The notes beneath the pieces were generated by a model. The model made no database searches and was not told where the DNA came from. It saw nothing but the letters and a program-made list of their open reading frames with translations. Made by a program: the position numbers and the translations under genes. From contig OY970173.1 of the NCBI GenBank assembly GCA_963707635.1, forward strand, positions 480,001-544,000: DNA of 64,000 bases, read 5' to 3'. The stretch is from Candidatus Latescibacterota bacterium. GTDB taxonomy: Bacteria > Krumholzibacteriota > Krumholzibacteriia > WVZY01 > JAKEHA01. This document shows, in pieces, positions 18,980-28,243 of the stretch; the stretch's first letter is position 1; every line of letters starts with the position of its first letter.

Positions 18980-19617
18980 CCGATGCCATGAACCTGCTCG
19001 TCGGGCTCGCGATGGGGTTGAACCTCGTCGGGCTGGCGAGCAGCCGCCTGACCTCGCTCATCCAGGCGGCGGCGGTGCAGGGGATGGTGCTGGGCATCCT
19101 CCCCTTGCTCCTCGGCCACGGAGCCAGCTGGTGGGTGGTACTGGTCGCGGTGGCGACCGTGGTCGTGAAGGGATTCGTGATGCCGGCGCTCCTGCGCAGG
19201 GCGTTGCGCTCGGCGCACATCGACCGCGAAGTGCAGCCGCTGATTCCATTCGTGCCGTCGCTCCTGCTCGGAGCGGCGGCGACGGTCGGGACGGTGGCGC
19301 TCAGCCGCGCGCTGCCGCTGCGACCCGAGCACGCCCACCTGCTGCTCGTGCCGGGCGCGTTTGCCACCGTGGTGTCCGGCCTCCTCCTGCTGATGGGTCG
19401 CGCGAAAGCGATCGCGCAGGTGTGCGGGTACCTGATGCTGGAAAACGGGATCTACATGTTCGGCCTCCTGCTCATCGGTTCCACCCCGCTCCTGGTCGAA
19501 GCGGGGATTCTGCTCGACCTCACCGTGGCCGTATTCGTGGTCGGTATCATCGTGGACCGCATCCAGCGCGAGTTCGACACGCTCGACACCCGCAAGCTCA
19601 CGGCGTTGCACGAATGA
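18976..19617 (+). CDS. hyfE: HyfE-like membrane subunit
   Basis: 'GYLMLENGI', 'VEAGILLD'; GTGA overlap. Confidence 0.85.
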   Translation: MTDAMNLLVGLAMGLNLVGLASSRLTSLIQAAAVQGMVLGILPLLLGHGASWWVVLVAVATVVVKGFVMPALLRRALRSAHIDREVQPLIPFVPSLLLGAAATVGTVALSRALPLRPEHAHLLLVPGAFATVVSGLLLLMGRAKAIAQVCGYLMLENGIYMFGLLLIGSTPLLVEAGILLDLTVAVFVVGIIVDRIQREFDTLDTRKLTALHE

Positions 19618-21053
19618 TCGAGATCGCCCTGGTTGCGGTTCCTCTGTTGCTGGCCGCCGTGGCGGCCGCCTGGACGTCGGAACGAACCCGGCCGTGGCTG
19701 CTGCCGGCGGGCGGTCTCGTCCACACGGCGTTGGTGTGGCGACTGCTGCTGGGCCCTTCGTCGGAGCCGGTCAGCGCGTGGTTCGGTTTCGACGCCCTCG
19801 CGCGCGCCGTGTTGCCGATGATCTCGATTCTGTTTCTCGTGTGCTCGGCATACGGGGTGGCGTACCTGCGGATCCGTATCGAACGATCCAATCGGGTCTT
19901 CGTCGCCACCCTGCTCGCCCTGCTCGCGCTGTTGAGCCTCGCGGTCCAGGCCCAGCAACTCAGCCTGCTCTGGATCGGGGCGGAAGCCGCCACCCTGCTG
20001 ACGGTCCCGCTCCTGCACTTCAACCGCACCGCCCGCGCGATCGAGGCCACGTGGAAATACCTGATTGTCGGAGGCACGGGCATCGCGCTGTCGCTGCTCG
20101 GATCGTTTTGTCTCGGCTATGCGTCGCTGCACGGCGGCGGCAGCGGCGACCTCACGTTCGCCGCGCTGGCGAACCAGGGGCCGTCTCTGTCGCGCCCGTG
20201 GCTGGTGGCCGCGTGGGTGTTGCTGCTCGTAGGATACGGCACCAAGATGGGACTCGCGCCGATGCACACGTGGAAGCCGGACGCGTACGGCGAGGCGCCG
20301 GGCATCGTCGGCGCGTTGCTGGCGGGAGGCATGACGACCATGGCGTTCGTCGCTGTGCTGCGGGTCAAGCAGGTCGTCGACGCCGCCGGCGCGGGCGTGA
20401 TGGCGGAGCGCACGCTCCTCGCGCTCGGCCTCTTCTCGATGGTGCTGGCCGCGTTGTTCTTGTTGAGCACGCGGGATTTCAAGCGCATGCTCGCCTACTC
20501 GAGCATCGAGCACATGGGTATTCTGGCGGTGGGCGCCTCGCTCGGGACCGCCGGACTATCGGCGGCGCTGTTTCATGTGTGGAACAACGGGCTGACCAAG
20601 GGGGCGCTCTTCTTGAGCGCGGGAAATATCCGCCGGGCGGCCGGGGCGCGCACGACGGACACGGTGGCCGGGATGGTGTGGCGGGCGCCGATTTCCGCGC
20701 GGGTGTGGGTGGTGGGGATGTTCGCGATCACGGCCACGCCGCCGTTCGGCCCCTTCTTCAGCGAAATACGTATCGTGCGCAGCGCGCTGGAGGGCGGCCA
20801 CGGGATGACGGTGGTGGTGTTCCTCGCCTGCCTGCTGATCGCGTTTCTCGGTCTCACGCGGCTGATGCTCGCCGTGGTCGACGGACGTCCGCGAACGGCG
20901 GCGCGGGCCGAGGGCGCGCGCGGCGAAACGCCCGGCGTCATCATCCCGCCCCTCCTGTTTCTGGGCTTTTCACTCTGGCTCGGGCTCGCCGCGCCGTCCG
21001 TGCTGCGCCAGTCGTGGAACGCGGCGGCCGCGTTCCTGCACCCGGGACGATGA
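19614..21053 (+). CDS. hyfF: HyfF-like antiporter subunit
   Basis: 'EATWKYL', 'GYGTKMGLAPMHTWKPDAY', 'KRMLAYSSIEHMG'. Confidence 0.88.
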   Translation: MIEIALVAVPLLLAAVAAAWTSERTRPWLLPAGGLVHTALVWRLLLGPSSEPVSAWFGFDALARAVLPMISILFLVCSAYGVAYLRIRIERSNRVFVATLLALLALLSLAVQAQQLSLLWIGAEAATLLTVPLLHFNRTARAIEATWKYLIVGGTGIALSLLGSFCLGYASLHGGGSGDLTFAALANQGPSLSRPWLVAAWVLLLVGYGTKMGLAPMHTWKPDAYGEAPGIVGALLAGGMTTMAFVAVLRVKQVVDAAGAGVMAERTLLALGLFSMVLAALFLLSTRDFKRMLAYSSIEHMGILAVGASLGTAGLSAALFHVWNNGLTKGALFLSAGNIRRAAGARTTDTVAGMVWRAPISARVWVVGMFAITATPPFGPFFSEIRIVRSALEGGHGMTVVVFLACLLIAFLGLTRLMLAVVDGRPRTAARAEGARGETPGVIIPPLLFLGFSLWLGLAAPSVLRQSWNAAAAFLHPGR

Positions 21054-22531
21054 ATCCACTACGCGCATTCGCGGGCCTGGAAAACGGCGGAAGCCTCTCC
21101 TGGAAAGACGTTCCCGAGTGGCGACTCGACGATTTTCTCGCCGCGGCCGGCCGCGAGCTGGATCGCGGCGCGCGGCTGTGCGCGCTGTTCGGGGTTCCGG
21201 AGGGAGCGGCGACGCGGCTGGTGGCGGTGGTGGCGTTCGACGAAGACAGCACGCTGGCGGTGGGGCGGAGCGAGCCGATCACGCGCGGGTATCCGTCGCT
21301 CACGCCGCGCTACCCGCAGGCACACCTCTTCGAGCGCGAAGTGTGGGAACAGCACGCGCTCGTTCCCGACGGCCATCCGTGGCTCAAACCGGTTCGGCTG
21401 GACCACGGCAAGGGCCCGGGGGTCGGCGAGTTCTTCCGGGTGGAAGGGCACGAGGTGCACGAGGTCGCCGTCGGACCGGTGCACGCCGGTATCATCGAGC
21501 CCGGCCACTTCCGATTTCAATGTCATGGCGAGGAGGTGCTCCACCTCGAGATCGCGCTGGGCTTCCAGCACCGCGGGATCGAGGAGGCACTGGCCGGCGG
21601 CCCGCACCGCGCGACGATGAGTCAGATGGAAACGATCGCGGGGGACACCACCATCGCCCACGCGACCGCCTACGCGACCGTGCTCGAGGCGCTCGCGGGC
21701 GTGGAAGCGCCGCCGCGGGCGCAGTGGCTGCGCGCGGTGGCGCTCGAGCTGGAGCGGTTGGCCAATCACACCGGGGACCTCGGCGCGCTGGCCAACGACG
21801 TGGCGTTTCTTCCGACCGCGGCCGCGTGCGGCCGCATCCGCGGGGACTTCCTGAACCTCACCGCGCTGATGTGCGGGAGTCGTTTCGGACGCGGGCTCGT
21901 GCGCCCCGGCGGATCTCGCTTCGACCTGGAACCCGAGCGGGTCTCGCTCATGCGGGAGCCGCTGCGCGTGGCGGTCGCCGAGGCGGACGAAGCGGCGTCG
22001 TGGCTCTGGGAAGCGAACTCGGTGCGCGCACGCTTCGAAGGCACCGGAGTGGTGAGCGTCGAACAGGCGGAAACGATGGGGCTGGTAGGACCGGCCGCGC
22101 GTGCATCGGGCCTCGTGCGCGATGTCCGCTTCGATCATCCGGTCGGCTGGCATCGCGCCGCGCCGATTCCCGTGGCGGTCTGGCCCGGCGGCGACGTGTT
22201 CGCCCGCGCGCGCGTGCGCTGGCTGGAGGTGCAACGCTCCGGCCGCTTTCTGGCGGAGCAGCTCTCGTCCGCCCCGGCGGGGGACCTTCGAGTCCGCATG
22301 CCCGACCTCGCGACCGACGCGCTCGCGATCGCGCTGGTCGAAGGATGGCGCGGCGAAGTCTGTCATACGGCGATCACCGACGGGGCGGGGCGCCTGCGCC
22401 GCTACAAGATCGTGGATCCGTCCTTCCATAACTGGACGGCGCTCGCCCTGGCGATGCGCGCCCAGGCGATCTCGGACTTCCCGTTGTGCAACAAGAGTTT
22501 CAACCTTTCATATTGCGGGTTCGACCTCTAG
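21050..22531 (+). CDS. HyfG/NuoC-NuoD-like large subunit lacking NiFe ligands
   Basis: 'FEREV', 'VGPVHAGIIEPGHFRF', 'ELERLANH', 'EGWRGE', 'DFPLCNKSFNLSYCGFDL'; no CxxC pairs. Confidence 0.88.
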   Translation: MNPLRAFAGLENGGSLSWKDVPEWRLDDFLAAAGRELDRGARLCALFGVPEGAATRLVAVVAFDEDSTLAVGRSEPITRGYPSLTPRYPQAHLFEREVWEQHALVPDGHPWLKPVRLDHGKGPGVGEFFRVEGHEVHEVAVGPVHAGIIEPGHFRFQCHGEEVLHLEIALGFQHRGIEEALAGGPHRATMSQMETIAGDTTIAHATAYATVLEALAGVEAPPRAQWLRAVALELERLANHTGDLGALANDVAFLPTAAACGRIRGDFLNLTALMCGSRFGRGLVRPGGSRFDLEPERVSLMREPLRVAVAEADEAASWLWEANSVRARFEGTGVVSVEQAETMGLVGPAARASGLVRDVRFDHPVGWHRAAPIPVAVWPGGDVFARARVRWLEVQRSGRFLAEQLSSAPAGDLRVRMPDLATDALAIALVEGWRGEVCHTAITDGAGRLRRYKIVDPSFHNWTALALAMRAQAISDFPLCNKSFNLSYCGFDL

Positions 22532-22533
22532 CC

Positions 22534-23331
22534 ATGTTCATCCTGGATACCATCGCGCGTCGAATGCGGCACGGCTGCCGCACCATGCAGTATCCCGATG
22601 GTCCCCCGCCGGCGCTGCCGGACCGGCACGGGGGCGCGCTGCGCGTGGATCCCTCCCGGTGTGTGGAGGGGTGCACCGCGTGCGTGCCGGTGTGTCCCAC
22701 CCGCGCCATCACGCGCTCGCCGGGCGGGCAGGTCGTGCTCGACCTCGGTCGCTGTCTGTTCTGCTCCGCGTGCGTCGAAGCATGTCCGACCCAGGCCATC
22801 ACCCACACCGGCGACCACCGCATCGCCGCGACCCGGCGCGACGACCTGCTGCTCGGCGAATCCGGCGCTGAAGTGCGCCTCGCAATCGCGCTGGACGAAA
22901 AGCTGCGCGGGCTCTTCGGCCGTTCGCTGCGGCTGCGCCAGGTCTGCGCCGGCGGATGCAACGGGTGCGAAGCAGACACCAACGTGCTCAACACGATCGG
23001 CTGGGATCTGGGACGATTCGGCATCCAGTTCGTGGCCTCTCCGCGCCACGCGGACGGGCTGCTGGTGACCGGCCCGGTTTCGAGAAACATGCAGCTGGCG
23101 CTGGAGAAGACCTACGCCGCCGTGCCGGCTCCGAAGATCGTCATCGCGGTCGGCGCGTGCGCGATCGCCGGCGGTCCTTTCGTCGACCACCCGGAAGTCT
23201 CCAACGGCGCGGCGAGTGTCGTGCCGGTCGACCTCTTCATCGCCGGCTGCCCGCCGCATCCGCTCACGATTCTCGACGGCCTCCTGCGCCTGATCGGCCG
23301 GCTGGACGAAAGCCGCTGGACGGCGCGGTGA
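22534..23331 (+). CDS. Fused 2x[4Fe-4S] ferredoxin and NuoB/HyfI-like small subunit
   Basis: 'CVEGCTACVPVCP', 'CLFCSACVEACP', 'GGCNGCE', 'SPRHAD', 'GCPP'. Confidence 0.88.
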   Translation: MFILDTIARRMRHGCRTMQYPDGPPPALPDRHGGALRVDPSRCVEGCTACVPVCPTRAITRSPGGQVVLDLGRCLFCSACVEACPTQAITHTGDHRIAATRRDDLLLGESGAEVRLAIALDEKLRGLFGRSLRLRQVCAGGCNGCEADTNVLNTIGWDLGRFGIQFVASPRHADGLLVTGPVSRNMQLALEKTYAAVPAPKIVIAVGACAIAGGPFVDHPEVSNGAASVVPVDLFIAGCPPHPLTILDGLLRLIGRLDESRWTAR

Positions 23332-23381
23332 CGGCCGCGTGGGGCGTGCCCGTCGCTGCCGCGTGTGCTAGACTCTCCGCC

Positions 23382-24483
23382 ATGCTGGACGTTATCCGGG
23401 CGAAGGTCGAACGGGGCGAGCGCATCTCGCGCGCGGAAGGCCTGTTTCTCCTGCAGGAAGCGCCCCTCCTTGAGCTGGCCCCGCTCGCGATGTCGCGGCG
23501 CTACCAGCACAACCCCGCACCAAGGGTGACCTTCGTCGTCGACACCAATCTCAATTATACGAACGTTTGCGACGCCTTCTGCACGTTTTGCGCGTTCTAT
23601 CGCACGCCGGGGCAGGAGGGCGAGTACACCTATTCGATCGAACAGATGATGGCCCAGTTCGCGCGCGCGCGCGAGATGGGCTGCACGACGGTGCTGCTCC
23701 AGGGTGGGCTCAACCGCGACATCCCGTTCGACTATTACCTCGACCTGGTGCGCGAAACCCGGCGGAGGTTTCCGGACATCCACCCGCATTTCTATTCCGC
23801 GCCCGAGGTCATGAAGATGACCGAGGTGTCGGGCCTGCCGCTCGACGGCGGTCATGGCCCGTCTCCACGACGCCGGGCTGCGCTCGATTCCCGGGGGCGG
23901 CGCCGAGATTCTCTCCGACCGGGTGAAGCAGCACATCTCGAAGGTGTGGCCCAAGGCGACCACGCAGGACTGGGTCGACGTGCACCGCGCCGCACACCGC
24001 GCCGGCATCCGTTCCACGGCCACGATGATGTATGGGCACGTCGAGACCGACGACGACGTCGTCGACCACCTGGAGCAGGTGCGCGCGCTACAGGATGAAA
24101 CGCGCGGGTTCACCGCGTTCGTTCCCTGGAGCTACAAGCGCGACCAGAATCCGCTCGCGCGCAAGGTGAAGACCGAGGCGGGGCCGAACCGCTACCTGCG
24201 GATCATCGCGGTGTCGCGCATCTACCTCGACAACTTTGCGCACGTGCAGGCGTCGTGGTTCTCGGAGGGGAAGAAGACCGGGGTGGTGGCGCTCCACTTC
24301 GGCGGCGATGATTTCGGCGGCACCATCTTCGACGAAAACGTGATGCAGGAAGCCGGTTTCTTCAACCGGACGACCGTGGACGAGATCGTGGCGTTGATTC
24401 GCGACGCGGGGTTTCGGCCGGCGCAGCGATCCACGCTCTACGAAATCGTGCGTGAGTTTCCGGAGGCCGTCTCCGTCGCATGA
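23382..24483 (+). pseudogene. mqnC: Cyclic dehypoxanthinyl futalosine synthase, split by a +1 frameshift near 23847 (possibly a sequencing error)
   Basis: 'NYTNVCDAFCTFC', 'LLQGG' in one frame; 'IPGGGAEIL', 'QASW', 'GGDDFGG' in the next. Confidence 0.85.
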
Positions 24484-25313
24484 GCGACCGCGCCGTTTCC
24501 ATCGCCCTGGTCCAGCAACGAGCCACACCGGATCGAACCGACAACCTCTGCCGCGGCCTGATCGCGCTCGAGCGCGCCGCCGAACGGGGCGCGCGCATCG
24601 TCGGCTATGCCGAGCTGGCGTTCGAACCGTTCTACCCGCAGGAACCCGCGCGCGGCGACGTCCGCGCCCTGGCGGAACCCATCCCCGGCCCGACCACCGA
24701 CATGTTTGCGAGCGCCGCCCGGCGGCTCGGCGTGGTGGTGGTGCTGAACCTCTTCGAGCGCGCCGGCAGTCGAACCTTCGACTCCTCGCCCGTCATCGAC
24801 GCGGACGGAACGCTGCTCGGCGTCACGCGCATGGTCCACATCACCGACTACCCGTGTTTCCACGAGCAGGGGTACTACGCGCCCGGCGACCGCGGCGCGC
24901 CCGTCTATGCAACCCGGCACGGGCGGGTGGGAGTGGCGATCTGCTACGACCGCCACTACCCGGAGTACATGCGCGCGCTGGCGCTCGGTGGCGCGGAGAT
25001 CGTGTTCGTGCCCCAGGCCGGCGTGGTGAGCGAGTGGCCGGAAGGACTCTACGAAGCGGAGATGCGCGTGGCTGCGTTTCAGAACGGGTATTTCGTCGCG
25101 CTGGCGAACCGCGTCGGGGAGGAACCGCGGCTCACGTTCGCCGGCGAGTCGTTCGTGTGCGACCCGGCGGGACACGTGGTAGCGCGCGCCGCGCAGGGTA
25201 CGGATGAAATCCTGACGTGCCGCCTCGACCTGGACGAGATCGCCCGTTCCCACGCGCGCACGCTCTTTCTGCGCGACCGGCGGCCCGAGCTGTACGCAGA
25301 GTGGTTTCGCTGA
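24480..25313 (+). CDS. Carbon-nitrogen hydrolase (nitrilase superfamily)
   Basis: 'AEL', 'ICYDRHYPE', 'ANRVG...FAGES'; ATGA overlap with mqnC. Confidence 0.88.
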   Translation: MSDRAVSIALVQQRATPDRTDNLCRGLIALERAAERGARIVGYAELAFEPFYPQEPARGDVRALAEPIPGPTTDMFASAARRLGVVVVLNLFERAGSRTFDSSPVIDADGTLLGVTRMVHITDYPCFHEQGYYAPGDRGAPVYATRHGRVGVAICYDRHYPEYMRALALGGAEIVFVPQAGVVSEWPEGLYEAEMRVAAFQNGYFVALANRVGEEPRLTFAGESFVCDPAGHVVARAAQGTDEILTCRLDLDEIARSHARTLFLRDRRPELYAEWFR

Positions 25314-25440
25314 TCGGGTCCAGGTCCAGCAGGAAAGCTGTACGCCCGGACGGGTTTGATCCTATGATGGCCGGCACGGACGGTGCCTGCCGTTCCGTGG
25401 GGAGACGATCGGACCAGCACGTGTCGACAGGAGGAGCGCC

Positions 25441-25881
25441 ATGTTCGGTAAGATGTTTTCGAGCGACGCAGTCGCAAAGGATTTCGGACTCCTGCTCATC
25501 CGCCTCGGGATCGGCGCCAGCGTGTTCATTTTCCACGGCTACGGCAAGATGACGGGGGGACCCGAACGGTGGGAGGGCATCGGCGGGGCGATGGGCAACC
25601 TGGGCATTCATTTCCTGCCGGTGGCGTGGGGGTTCATGGCCGCGTTCGCGGAATCGGTCGGGTCGATCCTGCTGGTGCTCGGGCCGCTGTTTCGCACCGC
25701 GACGCTGCTGCTCGCCTTCAACATGTTCGTGGCGGTCATGCGGCACATCAACCTTCCGGTCGGCGAACCGGGCGCCGGTTGGGAGGGAGCCTCGCATGCG
25801 CTGGAACTGATGGTCGTCTATCTGGGGTTGTTCTTCACCGGGCCGGGCAAGTTCGCCGCCAAGCTGGGCAAGGTCAATTGA
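25441..25881 (+). CDS. DoxX family membrane protein
   Basis: 'GLLLIR', 'HGYGK', 'AESVG', 'TGPGKF'; GGAGG RBS. Confidence 0.88.
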   Translation: MFGKMFSSDAVAKDFGLLLIRLGIGASVFIFHGYGKMTGGPERWEGIGGAMGNLGIHFLPVAWGFMAAFAESVGSILLVLGPLFRTATLLLAFNMFVAVMRHINLPVGEPGAGWEGASHALELMVVYLGLFFTGPGKFAAKLGKVN

Positions 25882-25928
25882 CCTGCGCCCTCTGGCGCGG
25901 TACCATCGGTTCCCCGGCAGGTAGCAGA

Positions 25929-26312
25929 ATGCCAGTCGCCATCCATATCGAGCCCGACCACCGCGTGGTGACCTTCGAGTGCGACGGCCGCGTCGGCTTC
26001 GAAGACGTGCGCAGCGCCTTTCAGGGCATGTTCGCCGACCCCAGGTTCGAACCCGGCATCAACGCGCTGTGGGATCTGCGCCGCGCGTCGATCGGCGTGC
26101 GCATGCAGGAGATTCCGGATCTGCTGGGCATGATATCGGAGCGGCAGCGCGAGCGCGGCAAGGACTACCGCGTGGCGATTCTGGTCGCCGGGAGCCCCGA
26201 CTTCGGTTTGTCGACGATGTTCGAGATGAGCGCGCACGCGATGCCGTTCTCGGTCAGGGTGTTTCGCAGCCACACGGACGCGGCGAAGTGGCTGGGAGGG
26301 GAAGAGGTCTAG
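25929..26312 (+). CDS. SpoIIAA-like/STAS-SEC14-like small protein
   Basis: 127 aa; 'LWDLR...RVAILV...VRVFRS...AAKWL' pattern. Confidence 0.6.
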   Translation: MPVAIHIEPDHRVVTFECDGRVGFEDVRSAFQGMFADPRFEPGINALWDLRRASIGVRMQEIPDLLGMISERQRERGKDYRVAILVAGSPDFGLSTMFEMSAHAMPFSVRVFRSHTDAAKWLGGEEV

Positions 26313-26732
26313 ATGCGCGGCGGCCGATGGATCCGCGCGGGCGCCATCGGGCTCCTGATCGTGGCAGCGCTCCACGCCGTGGGGCATTTCAGCGGCGGCC
26401 CCCCCGACCCCGCCGCAGCCGCACTCGAGAGATCCATGCGCGACTACCACTACGAGATCATGGGCATGCACCCCAGCGCGCACGACATCACCCAGTCGCT
26501 GAGCCTCACCATGACCGTGCTGCTGCTGTTCGCGGGCACGATCGACCTCGCGCTGTTCGGCGCGGTCGCGACCAACCCACGGGCGATGCGGCGACTGGCG
26601 TTTATCAACGTCCTCGGGGTCGCCGCGCTGGTCGCGGTGTTTGCATACTATCGCATTCCTCCGCCGTTCGTCACGCTCGCCATCGTCGGCGTGCTTTTCA
26701 CGATTGGTCTTGCGCGTACGCCGAAGACGTAG
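26313..26732 (+). CDS. Small membrane protein (LIC_13387-like)
   Basis: 139 aa, about 4 TM segments, 'LHAVGH', 'PPPF'. Confidence 0.55.
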   Translation: MRGGRWIRAGAIGLLIVAALHAVGHFSGGPPDPAAAALERSMRDYHYEIMGMHPSAHDITQSLSLTMTVLLLFAGTIDLALFGAVATNPRAMRRLAFINVLGVAALVAVFAYYRIPPPFVTLAIVGVLFTIGLARTPKT

Positions 26733-26779
26733 GGAAATTCCGAATTGGCAGCACCGGGAGCGCATGATAGTATCGAGCC

Positions 26780-27793
26780 ATGAAGGCGGAGACGGATGTC
26801 ATGACCGGCCGGACCACGAGCGCGTTGAACACCCCCGTTACTTCGTTTCTCCGTCACCACTTTCGCCATTTCAACGCAGCCGCCCTGATCGACGCGGCCG
26901 ACGCGTACCGGCGCCACCTCGACGGCGGCGGCAAGATGCTGGTGACGATCGCGGGGGCGATGAGCACGGCGGAACTCGGGATCTCGCTCGCGGAGATGAT
27001 CCGGCGCGGCAAAATTCACGCCATTTCGTGCACCGGCGCGAATCTGGAAGAAGACCTCTACAATCTCATTGCACACGACTTCTACGAGCGCATCCCTCAT
27101 TATCGGGATCTCACTCCCAACGACGAGAAGGCGCTGCTGCAACGGCACCTGAATCGGGTCACCGACACCTGTATTCCGGAAGAAGAGGCCATGCGCAGAC
27201 TCGAGGCCGCGGTGATGGAAGAATGGAAGCGCGCCGACAGCAAGGGTGAGCGCTACTTCCCGCACGAGTTCCTCTTCAAGGTCGTCCGTTCCGGCGCCCT
27301 CAAGAAGCACTATCAGATCGACCCGAAGGATTCGTGGATCGTGGCCGCGGCGGAGAAGAACCTGCCGATGGTGGTCCCGGGCTGGGAGGATTCCACGCTG
27401 GGCAACATGTTCGCGGCATCGTGCATCCGCGGCGACGTGAAACCGTCCGCGATGCGCTCGGGTATCGAGTACATGGTCGACCTGGCGAACTGGTACACGT
27501 CGACCGCGTCCACGGCGTCGATCGGCTTTTTCCAGCTCGGCGGCGGGATCGCGGGCGATTTCCCCATCTGCGTGGTGCCCATGATTCACCAGGACCTCCG
27601 CCGCGAGACCCGGGTGTGGGGCTATTTCTGTCAGATCAGCGATTCGACCACGAGCTACGGCTCCTATTCGGGGGCGGTCCCCAACGAGAAGATCACGTGG
27701 GGCAAGCTCGAAGTCGACACGCCTCGCTTCGTCATTGAATCCGACGCCACCATCGTCGCGCCCCTGATTTTCGCGATCGTTCTGGACTGGTAA
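26780..27793 (+). CDS. Deoxyhypusine synthase-like protein
   Basis: 'AGAMSTAELG', 'CTGANLEED', 'GGGIAGDFPIC', 'SYSGAVPNEKITWGK'. Confidence 0.92.
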   Translation: MKAETDVMTGRTTSALNTPVTSFLRHHFRHFNAAALIDAADAYRRHLDGGGKMLVTIAGAMSTAELGISLAEMIRRGKIHAISCTGANLEEDLYNLIAHDFYERIPHYRDLTPNDEKALLQRHLNRVTDTCIPEEEAMRRLEAAVMEEWKRADSKGERYFPHEFLFKVVRSGALKKHYQIDPKDSWIVAAAEKNLPMVVPGWEDSTLGNMFAASCIRGDVKPSAMRSGIEYMVDLANWYTSTASTASIGFFQLGGGIAGDFPICVVPMIHQDLRRETRVWGYFCQISDSTTSYGSYSGAVPNEKITWGKLEVDTPRFVIESDATIVAPLIFAIVLDW

Positions 27794-27826
27794 GACATCG
27801 TTTGAATCGGGCCGTGCCACGATTCC

Positions 27827-28243
27827 ATGGCCATCGCTGAAGCACCTCGTTTTCCGCTCGCGGCTATTCTGCTGACGGCGATTCTGGTCGCCGCCCCCGG
27901 TTGCGGGGGCTCCGGCGACCTTCCACTCGACCAGGTGGACCCCGCCGCCGCCCCCGCCGTCCCGACCTACGACCAGGTCTATGCGATCCTGCAACGCGCG
28001 TGCGTGCCCTGCCACAGCGGCGGCGGCGAAGCGCCGGTGACGCAATCGGCCTACTCGCCGCAAGAGGACGGCGAGGATCTGAACCTCGAGAACTGCGTCG
28101 ACATCGTCGCACAGCGCGACGGCATCCTGGAAACGATCGACAACAACACCATGCCCACCGGTGCGCTGCCGCGCCTGACCAGCGTGGAGAAGCTCCTGAT
28201 TCGCCGCTGGGTCGAACAGGGAGCGGTGGCGCCGTGCAACTGA
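27827..28243 (+). CDS. Monoheme c-type cytochrome lipoprotein
   Basis: Lipobox-like AAPGC, CVPCH, distal 'TMP', 'IRRWVEQGA'. Confidence 0.75.
   Translation: MAIAEAPRFPLAAILLTAILVAAPGCGGSGDLPLDQVDPAAAPAVPTYDQVYAILQRACVPCHSGGGEAPVTQSAYSPQEDGEDLNLENCVDIVAQRDGILETIDNNTMPTGALPRLTSVEKLLIRRWVEQGAVAPCN

Noticed and set aside
21050..22531. Calling the hyf-like operon a true [NiFe] hydrogenase
   Set aside because: Both Ni-binding CxxC motifs are missing
25314..25440. CAGGTCCAGCAGGAAAGCTG resembling the SRP RNA loop
   Set aside because: Does not match TCAGGTCCGGAAGGAAGCAGC and has no long enclosing helix
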